Source: an uncultured Methanosarcinales archaeon
GTDB taxonomy: Archaea > Nanobdellota > Nanobdellia > Woesearchaeales > UBA11576
Assembly (NCBI GenBank): GCA_964563755.1
Contig: CAZLYC010000003.1
Coordinates: 73,831 to 137,830 of the forward strand
Reading direction: 5' to 3'
DNA length: 64,000 nucleotides
Part shown: positions 36,616 to 44,997 of the stretch, in pieces
Position numbering within the stretch: position 1 is the stretch's first letter
Layout of the letters: each line of letters opens with the position of its first letter
The notes under the pieces: model-generated
What the model saw: the letters and a program-made list of their open reading frames with translations, nothing else
What the model was told of the DNA's origin: nothing
The model's database searches: none
Position numbers and translations under genes: made by a program

Positions 36616-38102
36616 AACACAGAAGGCAGCCATTTAGTATAAAAACGTTTCCTTGATGCCTCATCCTTCCGCATAGATCTCCTTTTCATCTCATCCATGA
36701 AGAACTTGCCAAGTATCAACAGAGGAAATATCTCAAGCCTACCGAATAACATAGCTATCATAAGCACAATCTTAGCTACATGGTTAAACCCATCAACATT
36801 TGTCGTCTGAAGACCCACTCCGCCTAAAGCAGAAGTAACCTGAAATGAAGAGTCCAGAAATTCAAGACCTGTAAACATCAATATGCTTGTACCGACCACC
36901 AAAACCAGCAAGTAACAGAATATAAACGCCTGGCTCACGACAAGGCTGTCCTTCTCAACGACCTGGTCATCGACTTTCATAGGGATTATCGCTTCAGATG
37001 GGCTTACACCTTTCTTTACAAGCCAAGGTATCGAGTATAACATCAGCTTAAAACGGTTTATCTTTATGCCTCCAGCAGTGCTACCAATCATACCTCCGAC
37101 AATCATACAGAGCATGATTACCATTATCGCCATCGAAGGCATAGTGCTGATATCACTTATGGAAAAACCAGTCGTAGTAAATGCGGAGATTGTCTCAAAG
37201 AAGGCCACCTTGAAGTCGCCTACAAAAATGTACACGACCAATACTGCTGCAGTGATTGACCACATGAAGAACTTGAATGCCTGGTTACGCCAAATCTCGT
37301 AAACATGGCCTTTGAAAAGCCTATTATGGAAAACAAAAGACACCGCTCCTGCAAGCATCAAAAAAGTGACAATAAGAAGGACAGGCCAAGATGTATAAAA
37401 TGCATTCGTCACTGAGAACCCTGCAGTCGATATCGCAGTGAAGGATATCGCGACCGCTTCAAAAACACTAAGACCTGCAAATGTGAGAAGGAATATACCT
37501 ATTATCGTATAAGTCAAATAGATTATCACCATGTGGTCAACTGACTTCTTCATATTAGACTCAAGTTTCTCTGAAGCTCCCTGAGCCTGATACAAACTAG
37601 CTATCGCCTTGGCCTTTGTTGTCGTCTCCTTAAGCGACTCCTGACGCCTCATTGCAGAAATTATGAGAAGAAACACCAAGACGATGCCAAGACCTCCAAT
37701 CCACTGGGTCTCTGCACGCCAAAGCAAGAGACTCCTTGGCAATACTTCAACATCTGTGAATATCGTAAGACCTGTCGTAGAGAATCCTGAGACAGATTCA
37801 AACAAAGAATCGATGAATGATGTCTTGACTGACATGATATAAGGTATCATGCCTAAAAAAGACATTGATATAAAAGACATGGCACATAATGCGACGCCTT
37901 TCGGCAGATCAAAAGCAGTTATGGAAATCTCTTTCTCTCTGTACCTCTTCATCAGAAAAAGGCCCGCACCTATTGAAAGCAGGACAGGCACGAAGAAGGG
38001 GATGACCTCTTCATAATTAACTAAAGCATAAATAACAGGAACTAACGGAAAAGCGCCAAAAAGTACCAGAAGATAACCAAGATGCTTTAGGACTAGATCC
38101 AT
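36597..38102 (-). CDS. trkH: TrkH/KtrB-family potassium transporter
   Basis: 501 aa, polytopic. Repeated TGFS/TAGFS/TTGFS selectivity-filter-like motifs. Confidence 0.9.
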   Translation of the reverse strand: MDLVLKHLGYLLVLFGAFPLVPVIYALVNYEEVIPFFVPVLLSIGAGLFLMKRYREKEISITAFDLPKGVALCAMSFISMSFLGMIPYIMSVKTSFIDSLFESVSGFSTTGLTIFTDVEVLPRSLLLWRAETQWIGGLGIVLVFLLIISAMRRQESLKETTTKAKAIASLYQAQGASEKLESNMKKSVDHMVIIYLTYTIIGIFLLTFAGLSVFEAVAISFTAISTAGFSVTNAFYTSWPVLLIVTFLMLAGAVSFVFHNRLFKGHVYEIWRNQAFKFFMWSITAAVLVVYIFVGDFKVAFFETISAFTTTGFSISDISTMPSMAIMVIMLCMIVGGMIGSTAGGIKINRFKLMLYSIPWLVKKGVSPSEAIIPMKVDDQVVEKDSLVVSQAFIFCYLLVLVVGTSILMFTGLEFLDSSFQVTSALGGVGLQTTNVDGFNHVAKIVLMIAMLFGRLEIFPLLILGKFFMDEMKRRSMRKDEASRKRFYTKWLPSVLWKKRF

Positions 38103-38752
38103 TTCCTTTTTCCATATATCTGTTTTCTCACGCTTTTCATGTTCTTCGTCTCTGCTGTCAGGACAAGGACATCCTGAGCGCTTATCTTTGTGTTCTCCCT
38201 CGGAAGAATGAGTTTTCCATCGCGGTATATCGCGCCTATTATCGCGTGATTTATGTCAGCAGGCTTTCCTATCAACTTGCTGTCCTCAGGTATATTGATA
38301 GCAAGGACCTGGACCTCTCCTCGTCCAAGCTCGTATATCACTCGCTCAGCCATCGCCTCGCTTATCAGGTTCTTTATCTCAGAGACTGCTATGCCCACTA
38401 TAGGAACAACTCCTGTTATTCCAAGCTTAGTGAAAAGCTCCTCATTCTCTGACTTATTAACACGAGCGATAATCTTCTTTATGCCAAAGCTTTTCGCAAT
38501 CTCACATATCATCAGGTTAGTCCTGTCATCATTAGTGGAAGCAACAATGGCATCAGCATCCTGCGCTCCAGCATCCTTAAGGATAGCAATATCTGTGCCG
38601 TCACCCTTTATGACTAATGCATCAATAGAATTAGCCGCTTCTTTAGCAGTCTTATCATCAGAATCGATAAGCGTTATGTCATGCTCCTTACTTGAAAGGA
38701 CATTTGCTGCAGTGAGGCCTACGCTCCCTCCTCCAACAATGATTATCTTCAA
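38093..38752 (-). CDS. trkA: TrkA/KtrA potassium uptake regulatory subunit
   Basis: 219 aa. MKIIIVGGGSVG Rossmann motif, RCK N and C domains, overlaps the trkH start. Confidence 0.9.
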   Translation of the reverse strand: MKIIIVGGGSVGLTAANVLSSKEHDITLIDSDDKTAKEAANSIDALVIKGDGTDIAILKDAGAQDADAIVASTNDDRTNLMICEIAKSFGIKKIIARVNKSENEELFTKLGITGVVPIVGIAVSEIKNLISEAMAERVIYELGRGEVQVLAINIPEDSKLIGKPADINHAIIGAIYRDGKLILPRENTKISAQDVLVLTAETKNMKSVRKQIYGKRKWI

Positions 38753-38863
38753 CTATTTCACCCCTCTTTTCCAAGGCACAATTGCTTCCATACTATTTAA
38801 ATCTTTTTAAACAAAAAATCAGTTACAGCAAAATTTATTAACAATCACAGACACAGGTATAAC

Positions 38864-39946
38864 ATGGATAAAAGCGGCATAAAACCAATTCTTGTTTTCA
38901 TAGCTATCTCATTACTGCTTATTTCGATATTATCTGGCTGCGAAAAAGAACAAAAGCCAGAACCAACAATAATAGAAGTGGAAGTCCCTGCAGAAGATGA
39001 AACAGCACAAGAATCTCCTGAAGAACAAACAGAAGCAGCAGAAGAAAAGACAGAAGCGCCTGAACAGACATCAGTCACTCCTGTACCTGAACGTTCAAGA
39101 TACAAACTTGCTGAACCTGCGCCATCAAAGACGCCAAGAGACTATTGCGGCTGCTCATTCACATGGGACCCTGTATGCGGAAACGACAAGAAGACATACA
39201 TCAATGACTGCATCTTCAAATGCTTCGGGCACACAATGGATGAGCTCGGCAGCAACAGCCAGTGCCCTATGAGAAAATCAGAGCCTAACATATACACTGA
39301 CGACCTGGAGATGAAATACGACTCATACAAGTGGAACGGAGGATACTGCTGGAGAGAGATGCTCTTCGACGCAGGCATAAGAGAGTGCAAGAACATCATA
39401 GTCAATGGACGGGTCAATAAATTACCAGCACCTGCAAGAGGGAACTGGCTGGAAGCAGAACATCTAACGCTCGACAAGGAAGGCGAGAGCGAGTCATACG
39501 CGATAAAGCTAGTACCAGGATTTCAGGCATCAAATGAAGAATATAACACATCATTCCAGCCGCTTTTTGAAAAAGGAAAATACTCATTCACATTCTGGGC
39601 AAGACAGGACAGTGTCGCGAACAATGACTGGAGAGTCAAACTCACACTAAAAGACTGGTGGGAATCAAAGCCAATGGCAAATGGAGTCAAAGGATGCTAC
39701 ATCCTTTCAACCACAGTACGAGCAGAAGAAGTCTACATCGACACTTTGCCTAACAGGTGGAGAAGATACAATTATGAATTCGATGTCCCTCTCAACCTCT
39801 CTCAATGGGAGACGAGTTCAAGAGAATCAGCAGACTGCGAATACAACTGGGACATGATTCCTCACGGATACAGGATAGATGCCACAGGACCGACCATAGG
39901 CAGCGCATATTTCGATGATTTCTCTATTGTCAGGCAGGAAAGATAA
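38864..39946 (+). CDS. Secreted lipoprotein with Kazal-like domain and C-terminal CBM4/9-like beta-sandwich
   Basis: Lipobox ILSGC, acidic linker, CGCSFTWDPVCGNDKKTYINDCIFKC (Kazal PVCG..(x)TY.N.C signature). The C-terminal region ends AYFDDFSIV, like carbohydrate-binding modules. Confidence 0.65.
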   Translation: MDKSGIKPILVFIAISLLLISILSGCEKEQKPEPTIIEVEVPAEDETAQESPEEQTEAAEEKTEAPEQTSVTPVPERSRYKLAEPAPSKTPRDYCGCSFTWDPVCGNDKKTYINDCIFKCFGHTMDELGSNSQCPMRKSEPNIYTDDLEMKYDSYKWNGGYCWREMLFDAGIRECKNIIVNGRVNKLPAPARGNWLEAEHLTLDKEGESESYAIKLVPGFQASNEEYNTSFQPLFEKGKYSFTFWARQDSVANNDWRVKLTLKDWWESKPMANGVKGCYILSTTVRAEEVYIDTLPNRWRRYNYEFDVPLNLSQWETSSRESADCEYNWDMIPHGYRIDATGPTIGSAYFDDFSIVRQER

Positions 39947-39966
39947 GTCAAATCTATAATATCGAA

Positions 39967-40168
39967 ATGTCGCCTAGCGAGCAGCGTAGAATATCTCTAT
40001 TTGAATTGCAGTTCGGCAACCGAAAAAATGTAAACATATCTATGCGAGCGCGGCAGTTTCACTCCGCACCGCCACGCAGCTCGCTTCTACAGCTGATTAG
40101 AATATTTGTCTGAGTACACCGTTACTTTGACAATAAATCCGCTAGCTCGCTAGTGCGGTGGCGGTGCT
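39967..40168 (-). repeat. Dispersed intergenic repeat, long form (copy B; inverted relative to 371-567)
   Basis: atgtcgcctagcgagc (39967-39982), gccgaactgca box (inverted), cgcaccgccacgcagctcgcttc (40065-40087), gagtacac, gctagctcgctagtgcggtggcggtgct (40141-40168). Confidence 0.85.
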
Positions 40169-40206
40169 TGAAATTTATAATAAAGAAATAGAATTCTAAA
40201 AAACAA

Positions 40207-40413
40207 TTAATCCTGCACCTTGATTGCCCCGGCAGGACACTGGACTTCGCAAGCCCTGCATCCTATGCAATCTTCAGGCTTCTTGACAACAGACTTCTTC
40301 TTGTCCTTGTCAAGCTCAAAAACCTGCATAGGGCATATCTCGACACATGTGCCGCAGCCAGTGCATTTCTTCGTGTCAACTATCGGCTTAGGCATATTAT
40401 AATCACCATTCAC
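40207..40413 (-). CDS. 2x[4Fe-4S] ferredoxin
   Basis: 68 aa. CTGCGTCVEICP and CIGCRACEVQCP. The start overlaps the S3Ae stop. Confidence 0.85.
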   Translation of the reverse strand: MNGDYNMPKPIVDTKKCTGCGTCVEICPMQVFELDKDKKKSVVKKPEDCIGCRACEVQCPAGAIKVQD

Positions 40414-41156
40414 TCTTTCTCTGAATCATCAGATTCCGGCTCTGCTGACCCTGACTTATCTTCAGCATCCCCTTCGGGCGCTTCTTCGTCATCAGAATCT
40501 TCCTCGTCGGCAGTCTCCTCAGGCTCTTCTTTTACAAGAGCATCCTCGACTATCACTGGAGCAGGCCCTTTGTTCTCGCCCATGTACTTCATGATCCTGA
40601 AAGCCACGAACCTGACAGGCGATATCTTATTTATCAAAGTGCCGACCTCTCTTTGGAGCTTGTCGTTAACGACATCTATCACGAGAGAATCGTAATCTGT
40701 CTTCCTTGCGTAGGCGAGTATGATCTGTATCATCTTGTCGCGCATCGCAATCCTTGTAGAACGGGATATCTTGGTCGCTGTGACGACAAGCGGCTTCATC
40801 CTGACAAGCTGGTTGTCCTTGGTCACGCAGTTGAATGACTCGTCGAGCCTGTCCTTCTGCCTTCTTACCTTCCTCTTTATGGAAGCGGGAACAATCTCAT
40901 ACCTTTCGAAGACAGTGTAAGCAGTGTCGCCCAAGACCTTGTTTATCTTGAACGTGACGTTTATGTCCTGCTTCTTTATGTTGCCTGTGATCATCATCAG
41001 GTTCGATGTAATGCACCTGCCGTTCAGTTCACTTGGCTCGTATGCCAGAGTCTGTCCGAGCTCGCGCTCCTGGAAATTCTTAGGAGCCAGAATAGAGAAA
41101 TACTTCTTTCTCTTCCACTTGTCTATTGTCTTTATTTTCTTTGGTTTTGCAGCCAT
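40410..41156 (-). CDS. rps3ae: 30S ribosomal protein S3Ae (eS1) with acidic C-terminal extension
   Basis: IDKWKRKKYFSILAP N-terminus and S3Ae core, with an extra ~45-aa D/E-rich tail. GAGGAAGGG RBS. Confidence 0.9.
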   Translation of the reverse strand: MAAKPKKIKTIDKWKRKKYFSILAPKNFQERELGQTLAYEPSELNGRCITSNLMMITGNIKKQDINVTFKINKVLGDTAYTVFERYEIVPASIKRKVRRQKDRLDESFNCVTKDNQLVRMKPLVVTATKISRSTRIAMRDKMIQIILAYARKTDYDSLVIDVVNDKLQREVGTLINKISPVRFVAFRIMKYMGENKGPAPVIVEDALVKEEPEETADEEDSDDEEAPEGDAEDKSGSAEPESDDSEKE

Positions 41157-41229
41157 TCTTATAACCCTTCCTCAAACTAATGGTTAATCTAAATCGAGCG
41201 GTAAAATGGCTTGAGGAAAAAGCCAACTC

Positions 41230-41237
41230 TTTATAAA
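41230..41237 (-). promoter_or_regulatory. Putative S3Ae TATA box (ACCTTTATAAAG on the minus strand)
   Basis: Lies ~70 nt upstream of ATG 41156. Same AACCTTTATA(A/T)A string as at 15538 and 48070. Confidence 0.45.
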
Positions 41238-41359
41238 GGTATTGGTGACCGTATAAAAAACACCCTGCTCAAAAACCGATATAATCACGTAATGCTATGG
41301 AATAAAGGCATATCTGAGAGAAATATTTATATATCACTTCGAAGAGATTATAATCTACC

Positions 41360-41403
41360 TTTAGCGAGGTTTGGTTGGGGTGGAGACTCTACGTCTCCAT
41401 TCC
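41360..41403 (-). promoter_or_regulatory. Leader-motif copy: GGAGACGTAGAGTCTCC hairpin + CAACCAAACCTCGCTAAA
   Basis: The 18 nt tttagcgaggtttggttg (41360-41377) are identical to 55279-55296. A 6-bp-stem hairpin ggagac/gtctcc is adjacent. Confidence 0.5.
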
Positions 41404-41642
41404 TAGCCTTTATTAAAAGACTTCTTGTTCATTTCAGCGATGTATTCATTGTGCCTGCAGCATTTCATCCTGCCGTCAGAAGAATCTGACTGAAGCGAGC
41501 AGTACACGTCAGAATCAGGATGGCTAAGAAGGCAGTATTCCTTACTATAGATATGAAGGCGATTCCTTCCAGAATCAAGACACTCACGAGCACGATAATC
41601 CAAAGAACCGAGCTCTGACTCCAGCTTATCATCTAGGCCCAT
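41403..41642 (-). CDS. Hypothetical small Cys-containing protein
   Basis: 79-aa ORF with a GAGGGTG RBS. Confidence 0.5.
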   Translation of the reverse strand: MGLDDKLESELGSLDYRARECLDSGRNRLHIYSKEYCLLSHPDSDVYCSLQSDSSDGRMKCCRHNEYIAEMNKKSFNKG

Positions 41643-41696
41643 AACACCCTCTTTTTTTTTCCGCCAAATAGAGAAGACTATCGGGAAGATATCTCT

Positions 41697-42143
41697 CTAA
41701 AAAACGGATTTGCTCATAAACTCCTCTCTTTTTATGTCCTCAGTCACGTTAAGGACAATACTCTTCTCAACCTGAAACTTAGTCTTCAGGGACTCGACAA
41801 ACTCGTCGACATCGCTAAGCTGCTTAAACACGAGCTCAGCCATCACATCATAGTCCGAATCTGTCCTGTATAGAGAGTTCACATTCGGATGCTCCTGAAG
41901 ATAACCCAGAAGCTCAGCCTTAGACCCGTTGATCTTTATGGCAATATTGGTCTTCGCGTTGAAGCCAAGCTTCCGGAAATCAACAAGGCTCGCGTGCTTC
42001 GTTATGAAGCGCTTCTCGTATCTCCTAACGTTGTCGTATATTGTCGTCACAGGTATGTGCGTCCTTCTCGATATGCTTGTCAGCCTCTGACGCGCATTCG
42101 TCCTGAGATGCGACAATATCATCAGATCTTTTCTTTTCAGCAT
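41697..42143 (-). CDS. Lrp/AsnC-family transcriptional regulator
   Basis: The start was set at ATG 42143 (GGGGTG RBS). Aligns along its whole length with 19807-20301 (e.g. EHPNVNSLYRTDSDYD vs RHPNVNSVYKINNGYD). Confidence 0.8.
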   Translation of the reverse strand: MLKRKDLMILSHLRTNARQRLTSISRRTHIPVTTIYDNVRRYEKRFITKHASLVDFRKLGFNAKTNIAIKINGSKAELLGYLQEHPNVNSLYRTDSDYDVMAELVFKQLSDVDEFVESLKTKFQVEKSIVLNVTEDIKREEFMSKSVF

Positions 42144-42412
42144 CTTTACACCCCAACACATTTGTCCAGCCAGCAACTGGATCACTCAAAGGGAAGAAGG
42201 CTGGCTTCTTGTGGCCGAAATGTCTTTGTAGTGTGGAGACCCTCCTTCCCCTTCATGACACTGTAGTCAAAAAAGTCACTGCATACATTCCACTGCTCCC
42301 CTCAACACAAGTATACGCTTAGAACGTGTATAAAACTTCTTGACCCTTTTTTTCCCCCATAGCAAAATTTATATACTTATATTGCGTATTATTAAAATGG
42401 GGTGGTTCGAAT

Positions 42413-43408
42413 ATGAATATCCTGAAACTAGATACGAAAGATAAACGTATACTTCTTGAGCTAGACAGGAATTCAAGACAACCCATCTCCACAATAGCGA
42501 AAAAAGTAGGTCTTTCTAAAGAGGTAGTCAACTACAGGATAAAGAGACTAATCGAGAAAGGGATAATAAAAGGATTCCACGCAGTCATCGACACCTCGAA
42601 GATAGGCTACATAATCTACAGGCTATACATAAAATTCCAGAACGTCACGCCGGAAAAAGAGAAAGAGATAACAGAATACTTCAAGAACCACGACCGCGTA
42701 GGCTGGGTGGCGTCATACGAAGGATTCTACGACCTCGCAATATTATTCTGGGCCAAAGACATCTACGAATTCCGCGAGATATACGACAAAGTCCTAAGCG
42801 ACCACGGAAAATTCTTCCAGGAGCACCTGATGAGCGTAGTCATATCGATATATCACTTCAAGCACAACTACCTCTTCGACTCAAAAGACTATTCTGAAGC
42901 AGTCATCGGCGGAAGGAAAGACATCGCAGACCTCGACTCGCTTGACATAGACATACTCAAGATACTCGCAGAAGACGGACGCAAGACCACTCTTGAGATA
43001 AGCAAGAAGGTAGGGGCTTCACCCAACACGATAAAGTACAGGATAAAGAAACTGCTCGACACGAAAGTCATCGTCGCGTTCAACACGATGATAGACACGT
43101 CTGTCCTCGGTTACCAGCACTACAAAGTATTCCTGGAACTGCAGAACATGGACAAGCAGATAAGGACAAAGATCATAGAATTCCTAAGGCTCAACAAGAA
43201 CACCATCTATGTCACGGACGCGATAGGAATAGCCGACCTCGAATTCGAGATGCAAGTCAGGAGCAGCATAGAGCTCCACAACACCCTGCGCGAGCTCCGC
43301 GCCATGTTCCCTGAACTGATACGCGACTGCAAGCCAAGCCTAGTCTTCAAGGAGCACAGGATAAATTACTTGCCTTTCCCTAACGGAGAGAAGAGCTCAT
43401 CAAAGTAA
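42413..43408 (+). CDS. Tandem (double) Lrp/AsnC-type regulator
   Basis: 331 aa with two HTH+RAM units. GGGGTGG RBS. Paralog of 31530-32528. Confidence 0.8.
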   Translation: MNILKLDTKDKRILLELDRNSRQPISTIAKKVGLSKEVVNYRIKRLIEKGIIKGFHAVIDTSKIGYIIYRLYIKFQNVTPEKEKEITEYFKNHDRVGWVASYEGFYDLAILFWAKDIYEFREIYDKVLSDHGKFFQEHLMSVVISIYHFKHNYLFDSKDYSEAVIGGRKDIADLDSLDIDILKILAEDGRKTTLEISKKVGASPNTIKYRIKKLLDTKVIVAFNTMIDTSVLGYQHYKVFLELQNMDKQIRTKIIEFLRLNKNTIYVTDAIGIADLEFEMQVRSSIELHNTLRELRAMFPELIRDCKPSLVFKEHRINYLPFPNGEKSSSK

Positions 43409-44955
43409 TCCTTGTTCCTGCAACCGACGCTTATGCGCATAGCATGACGTATCTCTTTCTGAGTAGGAGTGAGATTCCTCAACAACAAGTCTAACCTTTC
43501 AGTATTTCCGAACATGCTCCTGTATGAAGATGATAGTTCATCGAAACCTAACCCAATAGACGCCAATCTTGCCTCACGCATCTTATCCTCGTACTCCGGG
43601 CCATAGCTCTCTATGAAATTATACTTGACCTTACTCTCGACAAGAGGCTGCACACCTTTGTTCTCTATCGTGCCTATCAGGAAATCCTTTATAGGGCTGA
43701 ATCCCCTGTTTGTACTCGCAAGTTCGTCGAAAAGCATCAAGTAATACCGCCAGATAGGGATGGTATCTACCCTGCTCTGCATAATCTCACCGCTCTCACG
43801 GTCATTATGTATGAAACCCCAATATCCCAGCCAGGCATACATGTTAGAATGGTGCGCGTAAACATCAGCGTGACTCATCTCGTACACGCTTCTCCACTTA
43901 GAATCTTTCAGCTGGATGTGCAGGTCTCTTGGCAAGTTCGAAGTATCATCTACCATGAGACGCTCCATCTTCGAAAAACCTTTAGGAATAAACTCGAAGA
44001 TGAATTTCTCGCCATCCCTGCTAAGAGTAGGGAACCTAAGGTAATTCGCGGCGAAAGTCTTCGCCAGCCAGTCCCAAATGAACACTGCACCTCTGTCCGA
44101 AGATAAGTAGTTCAGGAAATGAAAAAGAGGCTGAGTATCTGTCACGTGGCAGAGCGAAGCGCCTGCAAGAATTGTATCAACAGACCCTTCGTACTCCCTC
44201 AGTATCGTGTTCCTGTCAAGGTCTGCGAAGTTCAGGTTGACTGTCCTCACAAGCTTAGGAGGCTTGAACTTATTCCCGTGAAGGTGAGGCTCGGTCAGCA
44301 TCTGCTGGGCCCTGTAAGTCGCCTTGTTGTCCACGTCGATAAGAACCACGTTAAGATGATTATTATAATTCTTAGGTATAAGGCCGCGTTCAGATAGATC
44401 GTGCAGTTTAGACAGATGGCTGACAACTGTCGTCGCGAATGCGCCGCATCCAAGGTCCATTATCGTGTAATGATCATTCTTGACAGGGTCAGTCTTCCTC
44501 CTGATAACATCATAAAATGCCTTGACTATGTGCTTCTCCGAGAACTCTGCGAGGATCCTGTTCATAAGCACAGTTATCTCAGTGGATTCCTCTATCTTGT
44601 CCTTTATCTGCTGCTGACTCTCCTCGCTTTTCCACTCCGAGGAATAAGAGCCGGTTCCTATAAGCGCGACAACCTTCTTGAGAAGCCGTATGTTGTCCAT
44701 GTATGATTCGTTCGGCATCATGGGAACATCTTTTGATACCATCTCCTCGAGCTTATTGAAGTCTATCCAGCAATCATGATAGTCTGCGGATATCCTCGCA
44801 AGAAGACCTGTCTGGGATGCTGGCCATGACCTCTCGCTGAAGCTATATGGATCAAGACATCCCCTGTAGCGACGCCTGACATTGAAATTGCTATCTACAA
44901 TAGTGTCCAATATCTGGCGTTCCAGCCCTTCAAGTCCCTTAAGTTCTACTACCAT
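43366..44955 (-). CDS. Class I SAM-dependent methyltransferase-fold protein with large N- and C-terminal extensions
   Basis: Motif I IMDLGCGAF, acidic beta2 end VVLIDVD, DTILAGASLCHV. No (D/N/S)PP(Y/F) motif. ATG 44955 follows GGTGGGGAGGG. Confidence 0.65.
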   Translation of the reverse strand: MVVELKGLEGLERQILDTIVDSNFNVRRRYRGCLDPYSFSERSWPASQTGLLARISADYHDCWIDFNKLEEMVSKDVPMMPNESYMDNIRLLKKVVALIGTGSYSSEWKSEESQQQIKDKIEESTEITVLMNRILAEFSEKHIVKAFYDVIRRKTDPVKNDHYTIMDLGCGAFATTVVSHLSKLHDLSERGLIPKNYNNHLNVVLIDVDNKATYRAQQMLTEPHLHGNKFKPPKLVRTVNLNFADLDRNTILREYEGSVDTILAGASLCHVTDTQPLFHFLNYLSSDRGAVFIWDWLAKTFAANYLRFPTLSRDGEKFIFEFIPKGFSKMERLMVDDTSNLPRDLHIQLKDSKWRSVYEMSHADVYAHHSNMYAWLGYWGFIHNDRESGEIMQSRVDTIPIWRYYLMLFDELASTNRGFSPIKDFLIGTIENKGVQPLVESKVKYNFIESYGPEYEDKMREARLASIGLGFDELSSSYRSMFGNTERLDLLLRNLTPTQKEIRHAMRISVGCRNKDYFDELFSPLGKGK

Positions 44956-44971
44956 CCATTCCCTCCCCACC

Positions 44972-44981
44972 TTAAGCGAGG
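44972..44981 (-). promoter_or_regulatory. Leader-motif variant CCTCGCTTAA directly after TTTAAATA
   Basis: The minus strand reads tttttttttaaataagCCTCGCTTAAggtggggagggaatggATG. Confidence 0.4.
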
Positions 44982-44997
44982 CTTATTTAAAAAAAAA

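Noticed and set aside
38253-38810. 185-aa plus-strand ORF
   Set aside because: Antisense to trkA, whose Rossmann motif and operon context are clear.
42396-42412. tRNA T-arm-like string GGTTCGAAT
   Set aside because: No acceptor, D or anticodon stems can be drawn around it. It is the GGGGTGG SD region of the Lrp gene. No tRNA or rRNA was found anywhere in the window.
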